In this document: one piece after another, positions 37,925-47,386 of the stretch
Numbering within the stretch: the first letter of the stretch is position 1
Layout of the letters: each line of letters starts with the position of its first letter
NCBI GenBank assembly: GCA_021792135.1
Contig: JAJYVF010000015.1
Span: 68,130-132,129, forward strand
DNA length: 64,000 nt
Reading direction: 5' to 3'
Source of the DNA: Acidobacteriota bacterium
Lineage (GTDB): Bacteria > Acidobacteriota > Terriglobia > Terriglobales > Acidobacteriaceae
Notes under the pieces: generated by a model
Told to the model about the DNA's origin: nothing
What the model saw: the letters and a program-made list of their open reading frames with translations, nothing else
The model's database searches: none
Made by a program: the position numbers and the translations under genes

Positions 37925-39301
37925 ATGCCTTTTGCAGTAATTGCCACCGTCTCGTTTCTCGTCGTGCTCGGCATCATGGTGCTGGTGCACGAGTTCGGCC
38001 ATTTTGCCGTAGCCAAGCTCTGCGGCGTCCGTGTGGAAGTCTTCTCGCTGGGTTTCGGCACGCGCCTGTTCGGCGTACGCTGGGGCGACACTGACTACCG
38101 TGTCAGCGCTCTGCCCTTCGGCGGTTACGTCAAAATGTCGGGCGAGACGCCCGGCGCTGAACCCACCAGCGATCCAGGCGAGTTCAGCGCCCACCCGCGC
38201 TGGCAGCGGGTCCTCATCGCGCTGGCCGGTCCGTTCTTCAATTTCCTTCTGGCGTTCGTTCTGATGGCCGGCCTCTACATGATGCACAACGAGGTTGAGG
38301 TCTACCTGAGCCAGCCGGCGGTTCTCGATGTAGTGCCGCCCGATTCAGCGGCGGGCCGCGCCGGGCTCCAGAGCGGCGACCGGATCATCCGCTTCGACGG
38401 CGACAGGAATCCGAGCTGGGAAAAGGTGACCGACCGCGCCCTGCTGGACGCCAACACCACCGTGCCGATCACGGTAGAGAGATCGGTGAACGGCCAGACA
38501 AAGGAATTCAGCACCGAGCTGCTGATCTCGGACCCCAGCAGGGGCCAGGATTTCGATATTGAATCGCTGGGACTGCTTCCGAAGGAGCAGAACGGGCCGG
38601 TGATGGTGGCCCAGGTGATGGCCGGCAATCCCGCGGCCAAGGCAGGCCTGAAGCCGGGAGACGGTCTGGTGGCCGTCAATGGTCAGCAGGTGCATGGCGT
38701 TCCCGCCATTATCGCGATCCTGAACGAGTCGGGAAACAAACCCGCCACGCTGCTGGTACGCCGCAACGGCCACGACTTCACGACATCGGTGCAGCCCATC
38801 TGGGCTGATTTCGGCAGCGGCCAGCCTGGGTACCGGCTGGGATTCAGCGCCGAGCCTCCGCCGTTCCGGGTGGAGCAGCTGCCCCTGCCTCAGGCCGTCC
38901 GCCACTCGATCAGCTATAACCTGCGCAACTCGGGCTATATTCTGGACATCCTCGGACGCCTCTTCTCACACCATGCAGCAGTCATGCAGCAGATGAGCGG
39001 TCCGATCGGGATCGCGCGCATGACGGGCGAAGCCGCCGAGATGCATGGCTGGGAGCCGATTATCGGCCTCACCGCGCTGATCAGCCTGAACCTGGGCATC
39101 ATGAACCTGCTGCCAATTCCCATCCTCGACGGCGGCATGATTCTGCTGCTGTGCATCGAGGGCTTGCTGCGCCACGATCTCAAGCAGGAATTCAAGGAGC
39201 GCGTCTACCAGGTGGCGTTTGTCATGCTGATCCTGTTTTTCGCGTTCATCATGTTCAACGACGTTTCCAAGCTGAACCTGTTCTCAAGGCTCAAGCCGTA
39301 G
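37925..39301 (+). CDS. rseP: RIP site-2 metalloprotease RseP
   Basis: HEFGHFAVAKLCG, PDZ regions and NLLPIPILDGG. ATG at 37925; the upstream part of the ORF overlaps dxr. Confidence 0.9.
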   Translation: MPFAVIATVSFLVVLGIMVLVHEFGHFAVAKLCGVRVEVFSLGFGTRLFGVRWGDTDYRVSALPFGGYVKMSGETPGAEPTSDPGEFSAHPRWQRVLIALAGPFFNFLLAFVLMAGLYMMHNEVEVYLSQPAVLDVVPPDSAAGRAGLQSGDRIIRFDGDRNPSWEKVTDRALLDANTTVPITVERSVNGQTKEFSTELLISDPSRGQDFDIESLGLLPKEQNGPVMVAQVMAGNPAAKAGLKPGDGLVAVNGQQVHGVPAIIAILNESGNKPATLLVRRNGHDFTTSVQPIWADFGSGQPGYRLGFSAEPPPFRVEQLPLPQAVRHSISYNLRNSGYILDILGRLFSHHAAVMQQMSGPIGIARMTGEAAEMHGWEPIIGLTALISLNLGIMNLLPIPILDGGMILLLCIEGLLRHDLKQEFKERVYQVAFVMLILFFAFIMFNDVSKLNLFSRLKP

Positions 39302-39348
39302 ACGCCGGCAGGATCTCCGCACACCCCGAATTCGGCAGCCTGAACCGC

Positions 39349-40737
39349 CTACCGCGACAGCGGAGGCGCCACGAATCCAAATTCCGCCTCAACGGCCTCG
39401 GCGACAGCCAGCACCAGTTCGTCGGCGCAGGGGCGCCCCGCGACCTGTACCCCGATGGGCAAGCCCGCGTCGGAGCGTCCCACCGGTACCACCGCAGCCG
39501 GTCCGGCCAGCAGATTGAACCATTGTGCATAGCGCATGGCATCGAGATAGCCGACGGTCTGACCTTCGACGATCCAGCTTCGCTCGAAGGGGCGGAAAGC
39601 CGGAATGGAGCAGACCGGGCAAAGCAGGATCGGGAACTCCCGCATCTCATCGAGCAGGCGCGCGCGCACCTGGTCGGACTCGACCCAGGCATCGAGCAGA
39701 GTGCCCGCAGTGAGGGGGATTTCCGCCTGCGCAATGGACAGAAAATCGCGGAACGTGGGGCTTAGCTGGTCTTCGCGGCCCCGGATGGCGGGTCCGTAGA
39801 GCATCGCCCCGCACTGCATAAAGAATGTCCACCACAGCTTGCGGGCGGCCTCGAGGGCAGTGGGACGAAAGGGGCGCACGGTGAATCCGTGCCGTTCGAG
39901 AGCCCGCGCGGCGGACTGCACGGCGGCACGCGTCTCGGCCGTCACCGGCACGAGGCCATCGTCTTCAAACCAGCCGATCGGAAAGCGCTTCGCTTCCGCG
40001 AGAGTGACGGCGCGGTGCGGGATGGGCATGCTGGAAGCATCCGTCGGGTCCTGGCCGGAAAGGGTTGCAAAGAGCAGCGCCAGATCGGCAACGGTGCGGG
40101 CCATCGGGCCGATGGCGCCGAGAAATGCGAAAGGACCCAGGCAGGGCGGCAGGTGTCCCGCCGCGGGAAAGCGCCCGGCAGTGGGCTTGAGGGCGCAGAT
40201 GCCGGTGAAATGTGCGGGCTCGCGCACCGATCCCCCGCTGTCGCTGCCCAGCCCGGCTGCCGAAAGCCCCGCCGCGATTGCCGCCGATTCGCCGCCGCTC
40301 GATCCCCCGGCCGAGTATTCGAGGTTCCAGGGATTGCGGGTGCTCCCGTGGAGCAGGTTCTCGGTCTCATAGGCCATCAGGAACTCCGGGCAGTTGGTGG
40401 TGCCCAGCACGATAGCACCCGCCTGCAGGAGCCGCTCGACGACAACCGCGCTCTTCTCCGGAACAGAACCGCGATTCAGCACACTGCCGATTTCACAGCG
40501 GTATCCGGCAACGGCGATCGAGGACTTGACCGTGACCGGCAGGCCCGAGAGCGGCCCCGGCCGCAGGTGCCGGGCCTGCTCCCGCACGCGCTCGGGATCG
40601 AAGTCCACCAGCGCATTGAGTTGTGGGTTCAGCCGCTGAATCCGTGTAATGTGCTCTTCCGCCAGCTCTCCTGGCGTGATCGTGCGGCGCCTGATCAGTG
40701 CGAGCTGCTCGGTGGCAGGAAGAAAGGTGGGAGACAT
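39349..40737 (-). CDS. Amidase-signature family amidase
   Basis: GGSSGGESAAIAAGLSAAGLGSDSGGSVREPA signature. ATG at 40737 (MSPTFL...) is preferred over upstream starts. Confidence 0.85.
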   Translation of the reverse strand: MSPTFLPATEQLALIRRRTITPGELAEEHITRIQRLNPQLNALVDFDPERVREQARHLRPGPLSGLPVTVKSSIAVAGYRCEIGSVLNRGSVPEKSAVVVERLLQAGAIVLGTTNCPEFLMAYETENLLHGSTRNPWNLEYSAGGSSGGESAAIAAGLSAAGLGSDSGGSVREPAHFTGICALKPTAGRFPAAGHLPPCLGPFAFLGAIGPMARTVADLALLFATLSGQDPTDASSMPIPHRAVTLAEAKRFPIGWFEDDGLVPVTAETRAAVQSAARALERHGFTVRPFRPTALEAARKLWWTFFMQCGAMLYGPAIRGREDQLSPTFRDFLSIAQAEIPLTAGTLLDAWVESDQVRARLLDEMREFPILLCPVCSIPAFRPFERSWIVEGQTVGYLDAMRYAQWFNLLAGPAAVVPVGRSDAGLPIGVQVAGRPCADELVLAVAEAVEAEFGFVAPPLSR

Positions 40738-40941
40738 TGCCGAAGTTGAAGGCCCATTATAAGGTCGGCCCGGATGATGGGGCTCCATCTGCGCTCTGCC
40801 TGATCGCCGATTTGCGCCACGCTTCGATGAGATTGTCAGGTGCGGCGCATCGACCGCGCCACACAACGCCCCCCGAAGTAGCCTCCTCCACCTTTACAGA
40901 ACATTTGGCTGCGACGCCGGAGGCCAATGCTACGATGAGCC

Positions 40942-41865
40942 ATGCCTCCCAGGAAGACGGCCCCGCAGCGACGCAGCCGGGAAAAGGAACCGAAGCGTGC
41001 GGGGACAGCCGGGCCGCGTGATCTGGTGGTTCTTACCGGCCTCTCCGGCTCGGGCAAAGCGTCGGCGCTGAAGGCCTTCGAAGATCTTGGATTCTATGCG
41101 GTCGACAACATGCCGGTGGCGCTGGTGCCGCACTTTGCCGAGCTGGTGGCGCACTCGCGCGATATTCGCCGGGCCGCACTGGTGGTCGACGTTCGCGAAG
41201 GCCAGAGCCTCGACAAGTTCCCTGCCATCCTCCAGGAGATCCGGCGCACTCTGCCGACCCGGGTGGTTTTCCTCGAAGCTTCCCAGGCGGCGCTGCTTGC
41301 CCGCTTTTCGGAGACTCGGCGGCCTCACCCGCTGGGCCGCGAAGAGCGCGTGACGCGCGCCATCCAGGAAGAGCGGCGTCTGCTGGAGCCCATCCGCAAC
41401 CTGGCCGATATCGTAATCGACACGACCAAGTTCAACGTCCACGAACTGCGGGCCTACATCCAGAGCAAGTTCGTGCGCGAGAACGAAGGCAAGAGCCTCC
41501 TGATCTCCTCCGTGAGCTTCGGCTACAAGAATGGAGTTCCGCTCGACGCCGATCTGGTCTTCGATGTGCGTTTTTTGCCCAATCCGCACTTCGTCTCGGA
41601 GTTCCGCAGTCTCACCGGTCGCGATCCCAGGGTGGAGAGCTACATTCTGGGCTTTCGCCAGAGCCGCGAATTTCTGGACCGCGTGACGGAACTGTTGCTC
41701 TTTCTGGTGCCCCACTACATCCGCGAGGGCAAGAGCTATCTGACGCTGGCCTTCGGCTGCACCGGCGGGCAGCATCGCTCCGTGATGATTGCCGAGGAGG
41801 TGGCGCGGCGCCTGGCGAAACAAGGGTACCGCGTGAAGACCGCGCACCGGGACATCCCGCACTGA
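40942..41865 (+). CDS. rapZ: RNase adapter protein RapZ (P-loop NTPase)
   Basis: VVLTGLSGSGKASALKAFEDLGFYAVDNMP, C-terminal CTGGQHRSV. It has a basic 25-aa N-terminal extension. Confidence 0.9.
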   Translation: MPPRKTAPQRRSREKEPKRAGTAGPRDLVVLTGLSGSGKASALKAFEDLGFYAVDNMPVALVPHFAELVAHSRDIRRAALVVDVREGQSLDKFPAILQEIRRTLPTRVVFLEASQAALLARFSETRRPHPLGREERVTRAIQEERRLLEPIRNLADIVIDTTKFNVHELRAYIQSKFVRENEGKSLLISSVSFGYKNGVPLDADLVFDVRFLPNPHFVSEFRSLTGRDPRVESYILGFRQSREFLDRVTELLLFLVPHYIREGKSYLTLAFGCTGGQHRSVMIAEEVARRLAKQGYRVKTAHRDIPH

Positions 41866-41883
41866 GCTGCTTCCCCGCGCTGG

Positions 41884-42255
41884 CTACGGCGCTGCGAGCT
41901 GCGAGACGGAGAGCACGTTGCCGTCGGGATCCCTGAACCAGGCAACCTTATCGCCGGTGGGAAATGTGCAGACGCCCATCTCGTCCTGACCCATATTGGG
42001 ATAGCGTTCGAACTTCACTCCTTTCTGAGCCAGCTCGTTCATGGCCGACACGATCTCTTCGGTCTCCCAGCCAAGGACCGTGTTCTGTGCCGGCGTGAAT
42101 CCGCTGACCTTCCCGATCCGCAGCATCGCGCCGTCCATTTCGAAGACCAGGGCAAAGCCGTCATCCCGCAGGAACCTGAGCCCCAGCGTGTCGCGATAAA
42201 AAGCCAGAGCCGCCTCGGGGTTGCAGGTAATCAGAAAGGTGACCACGCGCTTCAT
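41884..42255 (-). CDS. VOC/glyoxalase-family protein
   Basis: ATG at 42255 (MKRVV...). FYRDTLGLRF ... AWFRDPDGNVLSV is the typical beta-alpha-beta-beta-beta repeat. Confidence 0.75.
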   Translation of the reverse strand: MKRVVTFLITCNPEAALAFYRDTLGLRFLRDDGFALVFEMDGAMLRIGKVSGFTPAQNTVLGWETEEIVSAMNELAQKGVKFERYPNMGQDEMGVCTFPTGDKVAWFRDPDGNVLSVSQLAAP

Positions 42256-42440
42256 CAGAATCTCCGCGCCTCCGGGAAAGGCAGAGCCATCGTACACTGC
42301 CGCAGCGCGGTGACAGGGAGGTTTTTACTGCGGATCGCGCGGCCTCCGGGCCAGGTTTCGTACCCGGTTTTCCTCCGGCCGGACGGCCATCACTGGATTC
42401 TCGACTCCGCCGCGGCGACCTAAAATAGAGGCAGGACCCA

Positions 42441-45400
42441 ATGGCGGAATTTACCCACCTGCACCTGCACACCGACTATTCCCTGCTCGATGGAGCCTGC
42501 GATGTTGAGAAGCTGGTTCAGCGCGTAGCGAGCATCGGCCAGAAATCCGTCGCCATCACCGACCACGGCAACATCTACGGCGCCGTGCACTTCTTTGACG
42601 CGGCGAAGAAACACGGGGTGCAGCCGATCCTCGGCTGCGAACTGTACGTCTGCAAGAAGGACGATCATCGCGCCGACCCGCAGGGCGACGACTACAACCA
42701 CCTGCTGGTGCTCGCGGAGAACGAAGAGGGCTACCGCAACCTGGTCCGCATCACGTCCGAGGCCTCGCTGCACGGCTTCTACAAAAAGCCGCGCGTCAGC
42801 AAGAAGTACCTGGCCGAGCACGCCGGGGGGCTGATCGGCTTCTCCGGCTGCCTGGCCGGCGAGTTGTGCGAGAACCTGATGGCCGGGAGGTACGAAGCGG
42901 CGAAAGCGACGGCGGGGCAGTATCAGGACATCTTCGGCAAGGGCAACTTCTTCCTGGAGATTCAGGACCAGGGGCTGGAACTGGAAAAGAAGATCCATGC
43001 GGATCTCTTCCGGCTGGAGAAAGAGCTGGAGATTCCGCTGGTCGCCACCAACGACAGCCACTATCTCTGCGAGGACGACGCGCATGCGCACGAGGTGCTG
43101 CTGTGCGTGCAGACGGCGGGATCGATCAACGATCCGAAGCGGTTCAAGTTCGACTCCGACCAGTTTTTTGTGAAGTCGGCGGCGGAGATGGAGAAGCTGT
43201 TCTCGCATGCGCCGGAAGTGGTGAGCCGGACGATGCAGTTTGCCGAGCGCTGCCACTTCAAGCTGAGCAAGGTGGACAATCCGTTTCCGGAATTCGCTGT
43301 GCCGCAGGGGCACACCATCGACAGCTACTTCGAGGAGGTGTGCCGCAAGGGACTGAAGAAGCGCCTCGACACGGCAGTCCGGAACCTGGAGGCGCGCGGG
43401 GTGCTGCGCACGCCGGTTCACGAATACGAATCGCGGCTGAACTTCGAGATCGGCATCATCAAGCAGATGAAGTACTCGGGATACTTCCTGATCGTGTGGG
43501 ACTTCATAAAATACGCGCGGGACCATGGGATTCCGGTGGGGCCGGGAAGAGGGTCGGCGACCGGCTCGCTGGTCGCCTATGCGATGGAAATCACGAACAT
43601 CGATCCGATGCAGAATGTGCTGCTATTCGAGCGCTTCCTGAACCCGGAGCGCGTAACGATGCCGGATATCGATGTAGATTTCTGCCAGAATCGCCGCGGC
43701 GAAGTGATCGAGTATGTAACGCACAAGTACGGGCGGGAGCAGGTTGCGCAGATCATCACGTTCAATACCATGGCGGCGAAGGCGGCGATCAAGGACGTCG
43801 GCCGCGCGCTCGATATGCCCTATGGCGACGTGGACCGCATCGCCAAACTGGTGCCGACCACGCTGAACATCACGATTGATCAGGCGCTGAAGGATTCGCC
43901 GCCGCTGCAGGAGGCGTACGACAGCAATCAGCAGATCCGCGAGCTGATCGACACCGCAAAGAAGCTGGAGGGTCTGGTGCGCGGCGCGGGCGTGCACGCC
44001 TCCGCAGTGGTCATTGCGCCGCGGCCGCTGACCGAACTGGTGCCGCTGAACCGCACCAAGAACGACGAAATCGTGACGGCCTACGACATGAAGGCCGTGG
44101 AAAAAATGGGCCTGCTCAAGATGGATTTCCTGGGCCTGGCCACGCTGACGGTGATCACCGATTGCCTGAAGCTGATCGAGCAGACGCGCAGAGAAAAGCT
44201 GGATATCGAGGCCGTTCCGCTGGATGATCCGGAGACGATGAAGCGGGTGTTTCACACGGCGCTTACGTCGGGCGTGTTCCAGTTTGAGTCGCCGGGGATG
44301 CGGGACATTCTACGGCGCTACAAGCCGGACACAGTTGAGGATCTGACAGCCCTGAACGCGCTCTACCGGCCCGGGCCCATGGACATGATCGACGATTTCA
44401 TCGAGCGCAAATGGGGCCGGCGCAAAGTGGAGTTTCTGGTGCCGGAGCTCGAAGGAATTCTGAAGGACTCCTATGGGGTGATCGTCTATCAGGAACAGGT
44501 GATGCGGATCGCCAACGTGCTCGCCAGCTATTCGCTGGGCGAGGCTGACCTGTTGCGGCGGGCGATGGGCAAGAAGGATCCCGAGGCCATGGCCAAACAG
44601 CGCGACCGCTTCATGAGCGGCGCGGCGGCACTCGGCCACCCCCGGGCCCCGGTCGGCGAAATCTTCGATCAGATGGAGAAGTTCTCCGGCTACGGCTTCA
44701 ACAAGTCGCACTCGGCGGCCTACGCCCTGGTGGCGTATCACACGGCGTACCTGAAGACGCATTATCCGGTGGAGTTCATGTCAGCGCTGCTGACGTCGGA
44801 AATCTCCAAGCCGGAAAACGTGGTGAAGTACATCAAGGAATGCCGGGAGATGGAGATCGCGGTCGAACCGCCCGACGTGCGCTACAGCGACGCCGACTTT
44901 ACGCCGCACGGCGATGCGATCCGCTTTGGTTTGACGGCCATCAGGAACGTGGGACGCAACGCCATCGATTCCATCATGGCAGTCCGCGAGGAGCTCGCGG
45001 CCGAAGGGCGCAGCTTCGCCGGGTTCCAGGAGTTCTGCGAAAAGATCGACCTGCGTTTGCTGAACAAGCGCGTTCTTGAATCGCTGATCAAGGCCGGAGC
45101 CCTCGATTCCTTCGGCCGCCGGGCGCAGCTGCTGGCCGCGGTGGATAAGACCATCGAGCGGGCGCAGAAGACGCAGCGCGATCACGCCGCGGGCCAGGGC
45201 GGGCTCTTCGGCATCTTCAGCGCGCCCGCAGAGAACGGCAGGCACGACGAGGATCTGCCCAATGTGCCGGATCTCGAAGAGAGCCAGCGGCTCGCTGCGG
45301 AAAAGGAGGTCCTGGGCTTCTTTGTCTCCGGGCATCCTCTCGACAAATATGCGGAGAAGCTGCGCAATCTGCCGAGCGTGGTCGATGTGGCTGCTGCGCT

Positions 45401-45953
45401 CGAGATGAAGCCGCCGCCCTCGAACGGGCGCCGCAGTCAGGCTCCGGAGAACGAGATCTCTGTTGCCGGCGTGATCGTCGGGCTGAAGGTCGCGAAGTCC
45501 AAGCGCTCGGGCGAACTCTACGCCCAGGCTGCGCTGGAAGACGCCAGCGGGAAGATCGACCTGATCTGCTTTCCGAAGGACTACGAGCGCCTCTCGCAGC
45601 AGCTGCGCATCGAGGTGCCGGTGCTGGTGCGCGGGCAACTTCGCGCGGAAGAGGAGGCCGCACCCAAGCTCTGCATTTCCTCCATCCAGGCGCTGGAAGA
45701 CGTGAAAGTCAGGCTGCCCCAGAATGTGCGCATCCGCATTCCCCTCGATCGCGTGAGCGAGACGACGCTGGTCGAACTGCGGGACCTCGTCGGCTCCGCC
45801 CCGGGGCCAGCACGGCTGATGCTCAGTGTCGAGCAGCGCGGCCAGTACTGCGTCGTCATGGAGCCGGAAGGCATCACCGTCACCGCCGACCGCGCTTTCA
45901 TCGACAAGGCCGAACTGCTGCTTGGACGCGGCATGGTGCAGGCGCTGGATTGA
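42441..45953 (+). CDS. dnaE: DNA polymerase III alpha subunit
   Basis: 1170 aa. PHP domain FTHLHLHTDYSLLDG, palm/fingers motifs (PDIDVDF, GLLKMDFLGL) and a C-terminal OB fold. Confidence 0.97.
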   Translation: MAEFTHLHLHTDYSLLDGACDVEKLVQRVASIGQKSVAITDHGNIYGAVHFFDAAKKHGVQPILGCELYVCKKDDHRADPQGDDYNHLLVLAENEEGYRNLVRITSEASLHGFYKKPRVSKKYLAEHAGGLIGFSGCLAGELCENLMAGRYEAAKATAGQYQDIFGKGNFFLEIQDQGLELEKKIHADLFRLEKELEIPLVATNDSHYLCEDDAHAHEVLLCVQTAGSINDPKRFKFDSDQFFVKSAAEMEKLFSHAPEVVSRTMQFAERCHFKLSKVDNPFPEFAVPQGHTIDSYFEEVCRKGLKKRLDTAVRNLEARGVLRTPVHEYESRLNFEIGIIKQMKYSGYFLIVWDFIKYARDHGIPVGPGRGSATGSLVAYAMEITNIDPMQNVLLFERFLNPERVTMPDIDVDFCQNRRGEVIEYVTHKYGREQVAQIITFNTMAAKAAIKDVGRALDMPYGDVDRIAKLVPTTLNITIDQALKDSPPLQEAYDSNQQIRELIDTAKKLEGLVRGAGVHASAVVIAPRPLTELVPLNRTKNDEIVTAYDMKAVEKMGLLKMDFLGLATLTVITDCLKLIEQTRREKLDIEAVPLDDPETMKRVFHTALTSGVFQFESPGMRDILRRYKPDTVEDLTALNALYRPGPMDMIDDFIERKWGRRKVEFLVPELEGILKDSYGVIVYQEQVMRIANVLASYSLGEADLLRRAMGKKDPEAMAKQRDRFMSGAAALGHPRAPVGEIFDQMEKFSGYGFNKSHSAAYALVAYHTAYLKTHYPVEFMSALLTSEISKPENVVKYIKECREMEIAVEPPDVRYSDADFTPHGDAIRFGLTAIRNVGRNAIDSIMAVREELAAEGRSFAGFQEFCEKIDLRLLNKRVLESLIKAGALDSFGRRAQLLAAVDKTIERAQKTQRDHAAGQGGLFGIFSAPAENGRHDEDLPNVPDLEESQRLAAEKEVLGFFVSGHPLDKYAEKLRNLPSVVDVAAALEMKPPPSNGRRSQAPENEISVAGVIVGLKVAKSKRSGELYAQAALEDASGKIDLICFPKDYERLSQQLRIEVPVLVRGQLRAEEEAAPKLCISSIQALEDVKVRLPQNVRIRIPLDRVSETTLVELRDLVGSAPGPARLMLSVEQRGQYCVVMEPEGITVTADRAFIDKAELLLGRGMVQALD

Positions 45954-46077
45954 AACCCCGGAACGGCAGCACTCCCTTCCGACGCACAATCACGTCGCCT
46001 GGCCCTCTGCATTGCGAAACGTGCTGCTTCGCAAGCTGCGCATCATCCCGCGAACCGTCGTGGTCCGCGAGCGATAC

Positions 46078-46635
46078 TCAGGGTTCGAGGCCGAGAGGAA
46101 ACTGCGCCCGCACCTCATAGCGTGAGCCTTCCGGTCCCGGAAAGGATTCGTACAGCCGGAATTCCTGCGCCACGAACTCCGCCGCCAGATGTACCCGGCT
46201 CTGCTCCAGGGCTTTCTTCAGCGGAAACAGGGCGCGAGCGCCGCTTCGGCCCTTGCTGCGCGCCAGCGTGATATGCGGGCTATAGGGACGCACCTCGGGA
46301 ACAAAGCCACAGCGCCGGTTGACGGCCACCACCTTCTGCTGCAGCTCCAGCAGTTCGGGCGTCAGCGCTACCTCGGCAAAGAAGATGCCAGCCCGCTCGA
46401 CGAAGCCCAGCCCTGCGAGCCGCACTGGAACGCGCCGGGCGTGGACCTCCGCCAGCCGGAGGACGACGCAGGCCACCTGCTCCCCCTGCGTGTTGCCGAG
46501 AAACTGGAGAGTGACATGCCAGCTCTCCGGAGCCGACCAGCGCAGATCCCCGCCAGACGCACAAAGTTGCTCGCGCACACTGCGCAGTGTTGCGGAGGCT
46601 TCGGGAGCTAATCCGATTGCCGTAAAGAGCCGCAT
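46078..46635 (-). CDS. thpR: RNA 2',3'-cyclic phosphodiesterase (2H family)
   Basis: Two HxT motifs: WHVTLQFLG and PHITLARS. ATG at 46635. Confidence 0.85.
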   Translation of the reverse strand: MRLFTAIGLAPEASATLRSVREQLCASGGDLRWSAPESWHVTLQFLGNTQGEQVACVVLRLAEVHARRVPVRLAGLGFVERAGIFFAEVALTPELLELQQKVVAVNRRCGFVPEVRPYSPHITLARSKGRSGARALFPLKKALEQSRVHLAAEFVAQEFRLYESFPGPEGSRYEVRAQFPLGLEP

Positions 46636-46853
46636 CGCAAACCTCCCGCCCCTCCAATGGTACGATGGCGGCATGTGCCGGCCTCAGGTCTCCGGCTGTG
46701 TTTGTTTTCGCTATTGTGGTATGGAACATCAGAAAGAAATAAATGACCGGGCATCCATCCTCGGGCTCCAGTTCTTCACGCACCATGGAAAGCCGCGTAC
46801 GGATCCAGTCGACCAGTTCACCGACTGAAGCACTTTCTCATCTGGAGCATGAA

Positions 46854-47240
46854 ATGTATCCCGGCACAGACAATCCTCCGGTTCTGACTTCGTGGAAAGA
46901 TATCGCTAATTACATGGGCAAGGGCGTTCGTACCGTCCAGCGGTGGGAGCAGGACTTCGGTCTTCCCGTTCGGCGGCCCCGGGGATCGAATAAGAAGGCT
47001 GTTCTCGCCCGGCCCCGCGACCTTGATGCCTGGGTGGCCCTGCGCTGCTCGAGCCGTTCGCAGATCGGTGTGGCCACCGCTGCGCGAGGAACTCCGGTCA
47101 GTATTCTTTCTTCTCTTGCCGCGCACATCGAAACCTCCCGGCAGCTGCGCGAAAGCAGCCGCGAACTGCTGAACGAAGTGCATTCGGCGCTTGCTGAGTT
47201 GCGAAATCACATTGCTTCCCTGCAGGTTCTGGGCCACTGA
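46854..47240 (+). CDS. Small excisionase/MerR-type HTH protein
   Basis: ATG at 46854. WKDIANYMGKGVRTVQRWEQDFGLPVRRP is an HTH, and the C-terminal half looks coiled-coil. Confidence 0.6.
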   Translation: MYPGTDNPPVLTSWKDIANYMGKGVRTVQRWEQDFGLPVRRPRGSNKKAVLARPRDLDAWVALRCSSRSQIGVATAARGTPVSILSSLAAHIETSRQLRESSRELLNEVHSALAELRNHIASLQVLGH

Positions 47241-47386
47241 TTCGGTCAGGACTGATTCTGCGAGCCGCGCAGGGATGCGTCCTGTGAAAGTTCGGCGATG
47301 CGTCTCGCTTCGCCCCGGTATCCGCCAGGTATAATCCGGAACATCATCGGTCAGCCGCCGGGCATCTGCGGCACTGGTGTGGGACT